Positions 12,256 to 24,463 of a stretch of 64,000 bases of DNA are shown in pieces. Origin of the DNA: Psilocybe cubensis (lineage: Eukaryota); NCBI GenBank assembly GCA_017499595.2, contig CM039003.1, positions 1,116,001 to 1,180,000 on the forward strand, read 5' to 3'. The notes under the pieces are model-generated. The model was given only the letters and a program-made list of their open reading frames with translations, had not been told where the DNA came from and ran no database searches. A program made the position numbers and the translations under genes. Position 1 is the first letter of the stretch, and each line of letters starts with the position of its first letter.

Positions 12256-13364
12256 AGCAGGCTACGCTGCTATTTTTGTATTTATCTTGCAAGTAGTTTG
12301 GACTGGTCCTTATCCAACTGGATGTTGCGCTGGACGATGTGCAAGATTGGCGGTGGTCGTTGCTTGGAGAAAAATGGCTGAGGCAGCTATTAGTTTGTTG
12401 ACAGTAGTTGTGGAGTATGTTCCGTGATTCAGATTACGTGAGAATTGCATATTCCGGTTGCAACCGGCCATACTTTTGCTATTTATTTCTAATTTTGGTA
12501 TGGTCTTGTGATGAATCCCAATGGGTCGAGGCTCAAATTCATCAGTCTACACTCTTCATTTGAGTCTACATCCAATCTAGTACGTCCCGTCTAGATGAAA
12601 GAATCCCTTGCAAGATGCTTGTATCATCAAAGCAGGTACTGACTGTATTCCTCTTCAGTTTGGCTGTGCCAGTATTGCCTATGTTATCTGTCTAACGTCG
12701 AGTCATGGGTCGATGAAGATTTCGGACCAAGTTTTCGCGTTGGTTTCCATGTGGGTCATGGTATAAAAGCATTGTCATGCTGATAGGGGCGCTGAAATAG
12801 AAAATAAACGGTAGGTAAGCGTCTAATGGTACCCCAATTTCTCTTGGAACTCGTGCTGGCTGATAACTTACGGATATATATATATCTCACCAATCTAGAA
12901 TGATTTGTTTTTCTTTTCTCATAGATTCTACACTCACAGATACCTTTTCGACCAAAAAAATCTAATCGGCCGTCGTTAACCTCTCTACATGTCTGTCAAG
13001 TTGATCAAACCAGGGTTCGGAGTCGGGTACAGATCTTCGGGCTGCGAGCCTCACGCTGGCCAAAGCTTCGTAGACTGGAGTTGACACCTGGTGACCAGCT
13101 ACACGTGACCAGAACGCGTCGCGTCGCCGATTCAGAAGAGGCTGACGAGAAGCCGAATATAGCCATTGTGACTGTCGAGATCGTCGTCTTTCAAACTCGT
13201 CCCGAAAGGAAGATTAATTTGTTCTATTTTTTTTGCCGCCATATCTGAAATTCTATCCGAAACTGATCATAGCGACAAACATAATATCCCGCCTTTGCCC
13301 TTTCAGCGTCATCTGTCCTCTTACAAATTGGTCACTGCGCACTGTAGCACATTGTCGTATTATC

Positions 13365-15278
13365 ATGTTTTCCGGAAATGTATTGGCGGGAGATGTATCT
13401 TTTCCGGCTCACTACATTTTCTCAAAGCTAGCATGCAACGGTTCCACACCACCCCAAAGAGATTACAGCAATTCCTTGGCGTCGCTGAAGTCATTAGCAC
13501 ATTGGGCTCTCCAGGTCGCATCTTCGACGAAACCGCTCTTGCTTAGCTCTCATTCCGATGTGCAGCAGGCCACCCGCAAGCAAGCTTCCTCCCTCATAAA
13601 ACATGTATCAACTACCCCTGCTGTGTTCGTGATCTATACTTCTATCACTGGTGAAAACCCTTGTGTTGGTGTATCTCCCGCCAAACAGAAGATATCGCTG
13701 TTGGCACTCTATACTTTGGACAAACTGGGGAATTTTCAGCTGCTGGGGTCTCTATATCTCTCTACCTCCTATCAGGCCTTCGAAAATTCTCGGCGAGTAT
13801 CTTATGAATCATCTAACGAGATTAAAGCTTTCCCTCTCCCGCGTCAAAATCTGGAATGCATTTTTTACTTTCTGCCAACATCGTTCTTCTCAACCACACT
13901 CAAGCTTGGTCGTCAAACATTTTTAGGATTTATCAAGAATGGGTATGAACGGAGGTTGAATACTCTTTTTGGCTTCCTCAGATACAGCGGTCCTAGGCGT
14001 CTACGCAGCTGCCGAAAAGTCGTTCTTGATCTCGATGGGTACCAAATAACGCATATCGGCAAGGGAGCCTTTGCCATAATATCTCGTGTAATACATCGAG
14101 CTTCAGGAGAAATTCGGGTTATGAAGCGGATCACATTTGATAACACGGGCCTTGCTGAATACCTTGCTAGGAACGAGGTGGACGCACTCAAGGCGATGTC
14201 GGGTAACGTATGGTTTCCTCCGTTGTTAAACAATTTTGAGGAAGGAGGCGAATTTCTCATTACTATGGTAAGCTGGCCTGTGCCTTGTCTGTTTATACGT
14301 ATGATGTATGATTCATTTTACAGCCTTTTTACCATCGAGGTGATCTTGCTGCTCTTATTGAACACAAGGGATATCTAGGTCGGAAGCTAGCTCAATTTTA
14401 CTCAGCGCAATTGGTGAGTTTCAATATGTCTTTCGTTCACCCGTGTCTTATTGAGCATGAATTTTTACCAGATTCTTGCCATTCATAACTTGCATAAAAT
14501 GGGAATAATCCATCGAGATATCAAAACGGACAACATATTCCTCGATGGGAATGGGCACCTCGTCCTCGCAGATCTTGGACTCGCTGAAAACATCGCAACC
14601 TACGAAGGCGGTGAGGAGATGATGAAATACTTCCCAGAGTGGTTAGAAGCTAGGGATAAAGGCGGGGACGATTTCCCCTTATTGTGGGTAAACCATCGCA
14701 ATCCTTTGTCGATGATTGGTTCTGCAGGTACGTTTTGGTATACGGCGCCGGAGGTATTTAGAAAAGAACGGTATTCGTTTGGAGTGGATTATTGGTCGGT
14801 TGGTGTGATTTATTACGAGCTTATTACGGGTCATGTAAGCAGACAATTCTATACAACAAAACCGACTCTATGCTAATAATTTTATTTTTCAATAGATACC
14901 ATTTAACCACTTTAAACCATACCCTGAAAATAAACGACCAGAACTTGATTTCACAATGAAGCCAGGTCAATTGAAAGACGTTGTGCACTGGGAAGAAGAG
15001 GCATTATCCGAGGTTAGGACTTACTACAATGAATTGAATCTTTAGTAGAACTGACGTTCGGGGTTTGCGGGTATCAGTTTCTGAATCCTCATCCAGCTTA
15101 CCGCCCTAAGTGTCTCAGTGAAATGAAAAGAAGTCCAATTTTTCATGGAATGTAAGTCTATTAGAACTATCCCTGCCACAGAGTCTGACAAAGTATGACC
15201 TGGTCTAGCGAATGGGATAAAATGGCAAGGAGGGAGATACCTGTTCCCCCTTTGCCTCAGCCTCTGAAGGAAGGTTGA
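13365..15278 (+). CDS. Ser/Thr protein kinase, AGC-like, with an unassigned N-terminal extension (multi-exon)
   Basis: IGKGAFA, VMKRI, HRDIKTDN, DLG, GTFWYTAPE and VDYWSVG motifs. The start codon is uncertain. Confidence 0.85.
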
Positions 15279-15643
15279 AACAGTGGGGAGAGTATCGCTT
15301 TGCAATGGTTAGAGAGTAGGCGTAGATATTATGCTATATTTTATACTTTCTGGCACCCCTTGGGACAAGCTCTCGGATTACGCGAAGCACCGCAAATCCT
15401 TGCGCCACACTCATCAATTACCGTTTGAGGTAATTATTCGGAGGAGGTGCCTAAGTTCTGATGGAAAGGAGACACCTGGCTCCAGGTCTATATCATGAGA
15501 TTGTCACAGAAACGGAATATAATTGCAATCCCAGATATATTTAGTTCACTGGGTAATTCAACTACAAGAACGTTTCGATATGCCATAGATTTTTCGAAAT
15601 CAATCAGTATACAATAGAATTATTTGCTGTCCATGCTTATTAT

Positions 15644-16488
15644 CTACCAAGGAACTTCCTGTCCCTCCCAGTTGAAGAATTTGCCAGTAGGCCCATCTGC
15701 ATCTAATAGCGCATACGGTAAAAGTGCCTTCGCACCCTCCTCTAAACTCTTCCCACCAGCAATAAAATTATTCAATTTGGAAGAAACCAAGCCTGGTGTA
15801 ACTGCGTTGACCTTGAAACCTGCTTCTCTCAGCTCCTGGGCTAATGAGACCGTATATGAATTTACTGCTGCTTTGCTTGATTGGTACGCGACAAAGTTGG
15901 CTCGAGCACCTGGCCTAGACTGCAGTGTGCTGGATCCTAGACCACTAGAGACGTTCAAAATGATGGGTAATAGAGATTTCCTCAGCAGAGGCATGAATGT
16001 AGTCGTCGTTTGAATCAATCCAAACACATTTGTGTTGTAAACCTCACGAACAATGTCAACTGAGACGATTGACGCACTCTGGGCGCTAGCATCTGCCCTG
16101 GAAATTGCAGCATTGTTGACAAGGACGTCCAGTTTTCCATGGTTCTCGTCGATGGTGCATTTTGCGCGCTCGATAGAATCTAGGACCGTAACATCAATCT
16201 GAATGAATTTGACATTTTTCAATCCCTTCTGGTGAAGAGTAGCTCTTGAACGGTTGATGAACGACGGAATATCGCCAGTAAAAATATAACCAGACTCACT
16301 CTGCCTCTTTGCCAGAAATCTCATTTCTGGCACCGAGATAAACTATGTGTCCTTGCTCGGCTAAAAGGCGAACTAGTTCGTATCCTATGCTGGAGTTGCT
16401 TCCTATGTTGTACCGTCATGTTATTAGACAAAGCAGCAAAGACAAAAAACAGTCCTAACATACCTGTAACAAGAATGACTTTGGACAT
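15644..16488 (-). CDS. Short-chain dehydrogenase/reductase (carbonyl reductase-like), tandem copy 1
   Basis: MSKVILVTG-SNSSIG, DVLVNNAAI, YQSSKAAVN, VNAVTPG and C-terminal PW; two 5' introns. An in-frame ATG at 16500 is an alternative start. Confidence 0.9.
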
Positions 16489-17796
16489 CGTGTTTGGCAT
16501 GAAATGATTGGACATTGGCTAGTTCAAATGCAGACCTATTTAATGGAATCAGCTAGGGAATTTTCTGGTATATTTTTAGCCTTCAAGTTAAAAAGGAGTT
16601 GGATCCGATTTTCTAGTAACACGAATTTGTCAACAACGTGCCCGCTATACATTAAACTTCCTCGTTTTGTCTTGACTCTTGAGCCATTCGATGATCAAAC
16701 GGAAACACAATCGGATATATTTCTCATAATGAACAGTGAAAATTGTTCATAATAGTGAAGCGAACAGGTCATGCATATTATATTGAGGATTCTCGAGCTA
16801 AGCTCGTGCTTTACAATACACATCCCAATGAAAAAAACCGTATAAGCAGTTCAGTCATATGTATAGTCATAATTCAAAATTGACATGACGATGAGGTCGA
16901 ACTGGGGTAAATCGGATGAGACGATCCACGGACGGATCTGCTGATCCAGACGATGGGAGAGTGTATTGGTAAGCCAAGTACAAGACAAATGAGTATAAAA
17001 GGAAGGGTACTGCATCGTTGAGAGTGAAAAAAGTCAATTTGCTCTGGTCTTACTTTTACGGGGCCAAGATTGAGCGCTGAGCGGTTATGTCCTGATTTTG
17101 GGATGAAACAGAATCTTACACAGATGTAGTTCTGGTAGAATGAATCTCGTCAATTCAAGGTTGCTTAGATCTTAGTTTTTTTGAATTTTCTGAACTAAAG
17201 CCCAACAGATTAGTTTAGTAGTATTATTGTCGAAAATTGAACTCGAAAAGGCGGCTTCGCCGCGATTACCTGCCATTGAAAGACTGTTTTCTATTGTGTA
17301 CCAGATTACATATAATTACCTGCCCATGGCAGGTAATTTACAAATCTTCCGACAGTATATAACACATATTACTATATATTCCCTATATACGGTTTGAAAT
17401 CAGACTCTTTGCTTGCAAAGTATCCACTTGGCTGATTATCAAACAGTTTGCCCTTTGCGCTGTTGGATTCGAACGGGCCAACAGGAAAATTCTTCAACAG
17501 AATGGGCGAGGAATGGGAGTGGTAGTATTTTGTTGCAGCTTGGAATATAGAATGTAAAGCTATAGTAAAGTATTTAAGAATGCATAGATGTAAGCAAGTT
17601 TTTCGAAGTCATTTTTTCGGTGTCCAAGTTCTGCCACCAAATCACGGGATTTAACAATTCTCACGCCTTTGAAGCACCACATTTTGCACACGAACGGTAG
17701 TTGGAACAAATAATTAGCTTCACAATTTCGTTGACGTTTCCCTTCCTACATCTGCCCATTTTATTCAACGCAACTGAAATGCCTTCACCGCTTTTT

Positions 17797-18646
17797 CTAC
17801 CACGGGAACTCGGTGCCGTTCCAATCGAAGAACTTTCCTGTTGGGCCCTCTTTCCCCAGCAATGCAAATGGCAACAGTGATGCGGCACCCTCCTTTTCAG
17901 TTTTACCACCAGGTGCATGGTTATTAAGTTTGGTGGTGGTGAAGCCAGGAGTCACCGCATTAACTTTGATCCCTTCTTCCTTCAATTCATACGCCAACGC
18001 GATTGTGTAGGAGTTCATGGCGGCTTTGCTGGTGTTGTACGCGACGACATGAAGGGTAGAATCACCGCGAGCCATATAGGTGTTGGAAGCCATATCTGTG
18101 CTGACGTTTAAAATAACACCTTGCGACGATTTGCGTATGAGGGGCAAAAAGGCTTGAGTTGTTTGGACGAGACCAAAGAAATTGGTTTCCATAGCGTCTC
18201 GCAGGACGGGGATTTCAACTGTGGTGGCTTTCTGGCTGGCCTCCATCTTGCTGATTCCTGCATTGTTGACGAGTACGTCGAGTTTCCCCTCGTCCTTTTC
18301 GATTATTTTCTTGGCTGCTTCAACGGTATCGATCTGTGTCACATCCAACTGGACAGATTTGACTGTTTTCAGTCCTTCAGCGTTCAACTTCTCCCTGTGA
18401 CAGTGGGTCAGAAGATCACCGATTTCATGTTGATAGAAGTCTGCTCACTGAGCCTCCTTTCCTGCAACTGGGTTTCTCGATCCCAGGTAGACTGTGTGAC
18501 CTTTCTCCGCCAACAGACGAACCAAGGAGAACCCTATGCCGGCATTTCCACCTAAATTGACGTACAACGTCGATCCAGCGTCGATCAACTCCCATTCAGC
18601 ATGTGAAGAAAGGCAACTCACCAGTGACAAGTATAACTTTTGACAT
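17797..18646 (-). CDS. Short-chain dehydrogenase/reductase (carbonyl reductase-like), tandem copy 2
   Basis: MSKVILVTG-GNAGIG, DVLVNNAGI, YNTSKAAMN, VNAVTPG; same intron positions as copy 1. Confidence 0.92.
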
Positions 18647-19849
18647 TGTTTTATCTTGGTTTGCCTGACTTCTTCAATGCGGGGAGACTTATGAGTAACT
18701 TCTTACTTCTTGTGTGTAGATGTCCAAGGTTTTATATGTCAATATTTCCAGTACATTCGATTGTCTCAACAAAATAGGGTTGGATGTGTAATACCCATTT
18801 CCGCTTCCCGTAACTAATTTTAGCACCGTCCGTGTCACCTGAATGACATATATTCATTGCTCGGTGAGAATAGGATGGATGGAAGCGGCAAGCCTGGAAG
18901 GATAGACCTTTTTATCCGATGAGGAGCATCCACCTAACCTACTAACCCTAAGACACGATTAGGGGTGTGTGTTAACGTAATCAGCCGTGGCTGACTAGGC
19001 TTCCTGTCCACCGTGATGCTGTTAATTCAACACCAATCAACCATCACTTTGTCGGCGAAGAATCTTTACCGCGTATTTTGGCTCGAGGGTCCATACAGAT
19101 AATCTGTTCATTTATCAGCACTTCGGAATCCAGATTCCAACGTGATACGTATTGAATGGTTCATTGGTAATGCTAGATATATTCAAAACAAGAAGTGCCT
19201 TTGGCTGACGCAGAATTTCGTCGTTTTAGGGTCTACACTATTCAGCCTTATAAATTGTTCAGAAAAAATCATGAACGCAACAAATCAACGAGTCTTTATG
19301 TGTAGGTGATTCACTATAGAGCTACTGAACTTCGTTGGAGACGGTTTAGCTGAGGGTTACGGTCAATGGTAGCCAGAAATTTGCCAGTATCATGTCAATT
19401 TTGCACCATTCGAGAGTCTACTACTCTGGCAAACTGGATACTGTTACGTCCTTGTCAGGTTGCTCATAGGTCATGGCTTGGAAATACCGTTATATGTTTC
19501 ATGTTACTGAATTTTAATAGACTGTCAGGCGCTTTAGAAGCGAGGGTTATAAAAATTCCTGCATATGCGCATCTGTTTGTTTACTTGACTTGCCAGTTGA
19601 CCGAGTTCACCGTCTCCCATATTTCTTAGGCTTCGAGCAGTCTGATGATATCGCTGATGATCTATGTTTACTTTGTCCTCCTGGAAGGTGGCAAGTCTCA
19701 TACCCGATTGCAGTTATTCATAGAGAACCTACCCCTTCAATCACAGAGTGGAATCAGACGAAAGAAAACCGTGGACCTCTTTTTCCTTGGGAGATGGTAT
19801 CTGTATTTTTGCCTCTCCGGCAGTTAAACTGATCAACGATATCCGTTAT

Positions 19850-20340
19850 GCTCGGTCTGGAGACTTTGTGTAGCCGAATTCCATGGGTTCTGTTTACCCT
19901 ACAAGAAATCCAAGGATATGTCGGGTAAAAGTACAGTCCCTCAGCTCTATTTTCTAGACCATGCTTTTTGCCACAAACGAGCAGAACGGTCTCAGGGCCG
20001 GCTCCGACGACTGGCTTATTACCAGCGCTGATAATGGCAGTTCTTATACCTCCGAGGTTCCCACTCTTCATTATCGACAAGACGGACCAGAGCTCTAATA
20101 CATGCGTTCAACAAGTTGTGGTTACCTATCAGTGGCCAAAGCTCGTGGTTAACTACCGAAGAACGTTCGATTCCACTTGTAGGCGCGACCATCTTGATTT
20201 GAGATAGACCTACAGCAACTGGAAGAATTACATTCAACTACCGTGATCCACGGCGTACTGGCTCATTCCCACTCCTTTGAGCAAATAACCCACCATCTCA
20301 AAAGTGAACATGTTCTCCCAACCTCCGCCACCTGGTTTTG
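19850..20340 (-). pseudogene. Possible degenerate gene remnant (resembles agaric DUF6593-type proteins)
   Basis: Apparent short exons with GT-AG introns give MVGYLLKGVGMSQ / SISNQDGRAYKWNRTFF. No complete model could be built, and the family resemblance is from memory only. Confidence 0.25.
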
Positions 20341-22461
20341 ACAGGTCGGACACAATTAAAGATTGACTGACAATCGGTCGCTATTATTTTCCATCCTCGT
20401 CAAAAATACATGTATCCTGTCAAGTTGGGAAAATTATCAACCGTTTTTCTCAAATTTGCTATATATACCATACGACAGTCAGGTTATTCCTAGGTAAGTC
20501 CGTTATCGCCAGAGCCTCACACAACCTTCGAAAAACTCTGTCCATTTCACACTATTCCTGCCGTCCAACTTACAGAAATCTTTTGTTCTCCGAACCATTG
20601 GATGGATTTAACTCCTCCTTATGTGAACTTCGGGATTTACTGTCAAGAACACTTATGGTCATGACTTACATCTCTGGTGTTCTTATGCACAAAATTTCAC
20701 CATGCATGACATCCACGGCTTAAATCGCTATTTTCGTCGTTGAGTGTGACTGGACCTGCGCATGATACATCAGTTCTTTGTCTTTATCGCCATTCGTTAT
20801 CGATAATAAGTTCATGATAAAGTTCACATTGCGTAAACTTTGTGAGAATTAGGTCTCCATATCTCGATTTTTTTCGAATGCTATCGTGTATATGATGCAG
20901 GCAAACCTTCAAAACCATGGCTATAATAATCGCCTCCTAATAGGGCAATGAAGAGCGGTTATTTAATAGCATCATTGATCTATCACTGAATCCGAAAGTC
21001 TTCCCAGCTTCGTGTTAGATTAGGTTAGTTTACTAATGAGTTTGAAAACATAACTAGACTGGTTGAGAGACGGTTTTGGCCCAGGGATATGCGCTAATGC
21101 ACCTGATTACTATCGCATACAGATTTGAGATATTGTGGCGTCGGCTGCTGATTGTTGATCTAATCAGCATTTGTCGAGATCATCATGAGCCATCCAATGT
21201 TGGAAAATGCGCAATATATATGCGGAAGTACGTCACTAGTCAGAGGAGGTGAGCTCATATCCCATTTTCGTTACTAATCGGCGACGAAATCATCCGCCAT
21301 CGGAGTTGTGAACGAATGTGAATGGTCACAACTTCGTCGCAGGGCAGTATTTAACCAAGTCCCAGGCACCAATGCCATGTTTTGCTACGTGTTTTCGGAC
21401 CGAACTTGCGGGTGGAATAAGCATATAACTGCCATGAGATTCGGAGAGTGAATGGAACAATCTAAGCTTTTCTAGGGCTTGAGATTTCCGGATTTGTAAA
21501 GGTGATTGGAAGTTGAACACATCTGATATATCTGCGGACTTTTACTGGGCACATATCTGGGTCAGATAAGAGACTATAAGAGACCGAGCATGGATTCATG
21601 CATGTAGTCAGGTGGGACACGTAATAGTCACTAGGTCTTTCCATAAACATGTGGGAGCATTCATAACATAGTCCAAACACCGCGAGCACCGCAGGTGTAT
21701 AGTAACAGATCCCTGCGCAATAATTAACCGCCGGAAGCATTGATACTAGGTGCTATAGAATCGTTATTTGGGGCCACAGAGTGTTATGTATGTTTTGAGG
21801 GAACGGCACCTTGGAAGCTCTGACCGGAAAAACTTAATGCATCTACACGTTTACTTGAAGCTGACTGCTTGAAGTAAGTTGTTCAATAAGCGCCAATTTC
21901 ACGCTTCTCGTCAGGAACGAGTCGGACAGCGTTATGTAACCGCCTCTTCGGTGCCGTCCGTGTGGCACCTCTAGATTTAAACAAGCACAATTAAAGGAAA
22001 AGTCATGCACGATCGCCGCGGCGAAATTTGAGCTCTTTTTTATCAACAACAACATAAATTTCCATATCATCAGAGAAAAGTGTCGGACATGAAGTCCGGT
22101 ATACCGCGCTTTGGTCCAACTTTATTGCAAACTATTTCTCAAGGGTATCCACGGAACTTTACTTCTTTAAATACTCTCATAATCCTATCGGTTGTGAAAT
22201 CTTGGTTAAATCAGTCCCGAAATGAGCGCCAAATGTCGAAACTCTGACATTATTACGGGTACTCGGGACCACATCGACCTATGAACCTCGAGGGCCTACT
22301 CACAGTTGTAATTCTGCATAATACTTATGGAGATAGCGCAATCACCAACGGAAGAAAATCAACACAGGCCTATCCTGGATCGGATTTATAGTCTGCCAAT
22401 GTAACAGTAGCTTCATCTTTCTTCACGACCCCTTCCGCTCACCGCGCCTCAGAATTGCACG

Positions 22462-24160
22462 ATGATGGACACTCGGTACGCACCCTTTTCCCAGAAACAG
22501 AGGTACAGGGCGTGCGGTACCATTGTCCTAGGCAAGCCTCCGCGCTCTAAACAATGGATTGCCTTTTTCTTCGTCACTGTTGTTTTTTCCTTCTTTTATA
22601 CCGTCGACGCCATGATCAGTGCCTATCGGTATCATAAATTTGCTCCAGTCCACTGGACCGCGGAAGACGACTCGCCTCCTACGTTCACCGAGCTCAGAGA
22701 TTGGGAAATGAAGCTTCCGCAGCATAACCTCAGTTTGCCGTTCCCAGAGGGCAGGTTGGGGCGCTATGTGCTATTTTCTAATTCCAGGGAACATCATGTC
22801 GGATGGAACAATAAACTGAATGATATGTGCGTAGATTCCGATTCTTACTTTATCTGCTGCACCTCATATATTCACATCTCTCTCTTGTGTCTACTTATAA
22901 CCCCGGTCATTCGGATGATATATTCGGACATTTTTTAGGCTTATGAACACATGGCTGGCATACTCTTCGAATCGTGGATATGTATTCCACGATTTTATCT
23001 GGACGCCTTCACACTATCCATGGCCAGTCTCTGCACGCCGTAGTCGAGAATTGCTTCCACGTACACCACTTAATGCCCTCATTTCCGGCCCTTCCGCGGG
23101 TGGGTCTTGGGAAGACGGTGACAAGGCCCCTCGCTCCATTTCCGAGGCCTGGTTTGACATTGTCTGCCCAAAATCCGAACGAAGAATAATCAATACACGG
23201 GACGTGAAGTCTGAAGTAAATTGGGCGGACGGGAAGGTCATCTTCGAGAAGTGGCGAAAACTACTGACCGACGCTCCAGAGAGGTGTGTAGAAGTAGTTG
23301 CAGGTCCACCAGAAGAGGAACCTTTCCCGGAGACGTTCGATATCTGGTTTTGGAGCGGCGAAAGAAGTATCTCATTATGGGACGAATTTAAAGATTCACC
23401 TGTCTCGCGCCTATTGAGCACGTCGCCCATAATCCAGTCAGCGATTGATGAAAATTGGCGATATTTTGTCTCAAAAGACCAACTTAACAAACCTTTTGAC
23501 AACGTTCTTTCGATTCATGTACGCCGAGGAGATTTTAAAGAGGCATGCTTGGAGCATGCCGCGGAAAATTCCACGTTTTACAACTGGAACCTTTTGTCTT
23601 TTCTTCCCGACAAATTTCACCCACCGACAGCACCCGCTGGGGTCGTTCTCCCCAAAGGCAAAAATACACCCGAGAATGAAGCTATATTTCTCGCGCGATG
23701 CCTTCCCTCCGCGGCGTCCATCACCAGCAAAGTTCGAGCAGCTCGAGAAGCCTATCTTCAGGCAGCTCAGTCGACGCCTGGTCTTGCATCGTCCAATTTT
23801 AACAGACTCAAGACCTCCTCACGCAAGTCTTTAGATGTGCTCTATATCATGTCGAACGATCGCACAAAATGGTTGGATGACCTTAAAGAATCCTTACGAC
23901 AGGATGGTTGGGACCGGATCGTCACTAGCAAGGACCTCAAGCTGACCGCTGAACAGAAAGAGGTTGGGGTGGCAGTTGATATGGATATTGGGAGACGATC
24001 GGCTGTGTTTATCGGGAATGGGGTGAGTATCTACTTTGTACTTTCAATGTAAAGGCTGGACCGTTGATGAATTGAGATTCAGTGGTCATCTTTTACGAGC
24101 AACGTAGTCCATCGGAGGTTGGTTGACGGGAAGGAGCCCATTAGCATTCGCTTTTGGTGA
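22462..24160 (+). CDS. Type II membrane glycosyltransferase-like protein (O-fucosyltransferase / GT-B-like), 3 exons
   Basis: N-terminal TM helix, GWNNKLND, SIHVRRGDFKEAC, LYIMSND and VDMDIGRRSAVFIGNG-WSSFTSNV motifs. Confidence 0.75.
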
Positions 24161-24463
24161 TCTCCACGATGAGTATTGGATCAATACACGAACTCCATAG
24201 ACGGTATTAACGAGTTATAATAGTGTCATTATCATACCTATACTACCGAACCTAATGCAAGATAATTAGACTCTTGCTTCCATAAAAATAATCAAAACAT
24301 GGAAAAACAATCAAACAACTTGAAAGAAAGTTGAAAAGCACGACAGCATGAAATATTGAAAACGTGGTACAGCTACTATGCATGTACTAGTGCGAAAAAA
24401 AGCAAATGGTTTGAATCATCTACAGAGTCCCTGTCAAATCCATCCGCCTTCGTAAATAGCCAC

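Noticed and set aside
9569..12381. Many plus-strand ORFs overlapping FZO1 (and similar antisense ORFs over PRP2, the CLASP gene and the F-box gene)
   Set aside because: These are shadow ORFs of long coding exons with no recognisable motifs.
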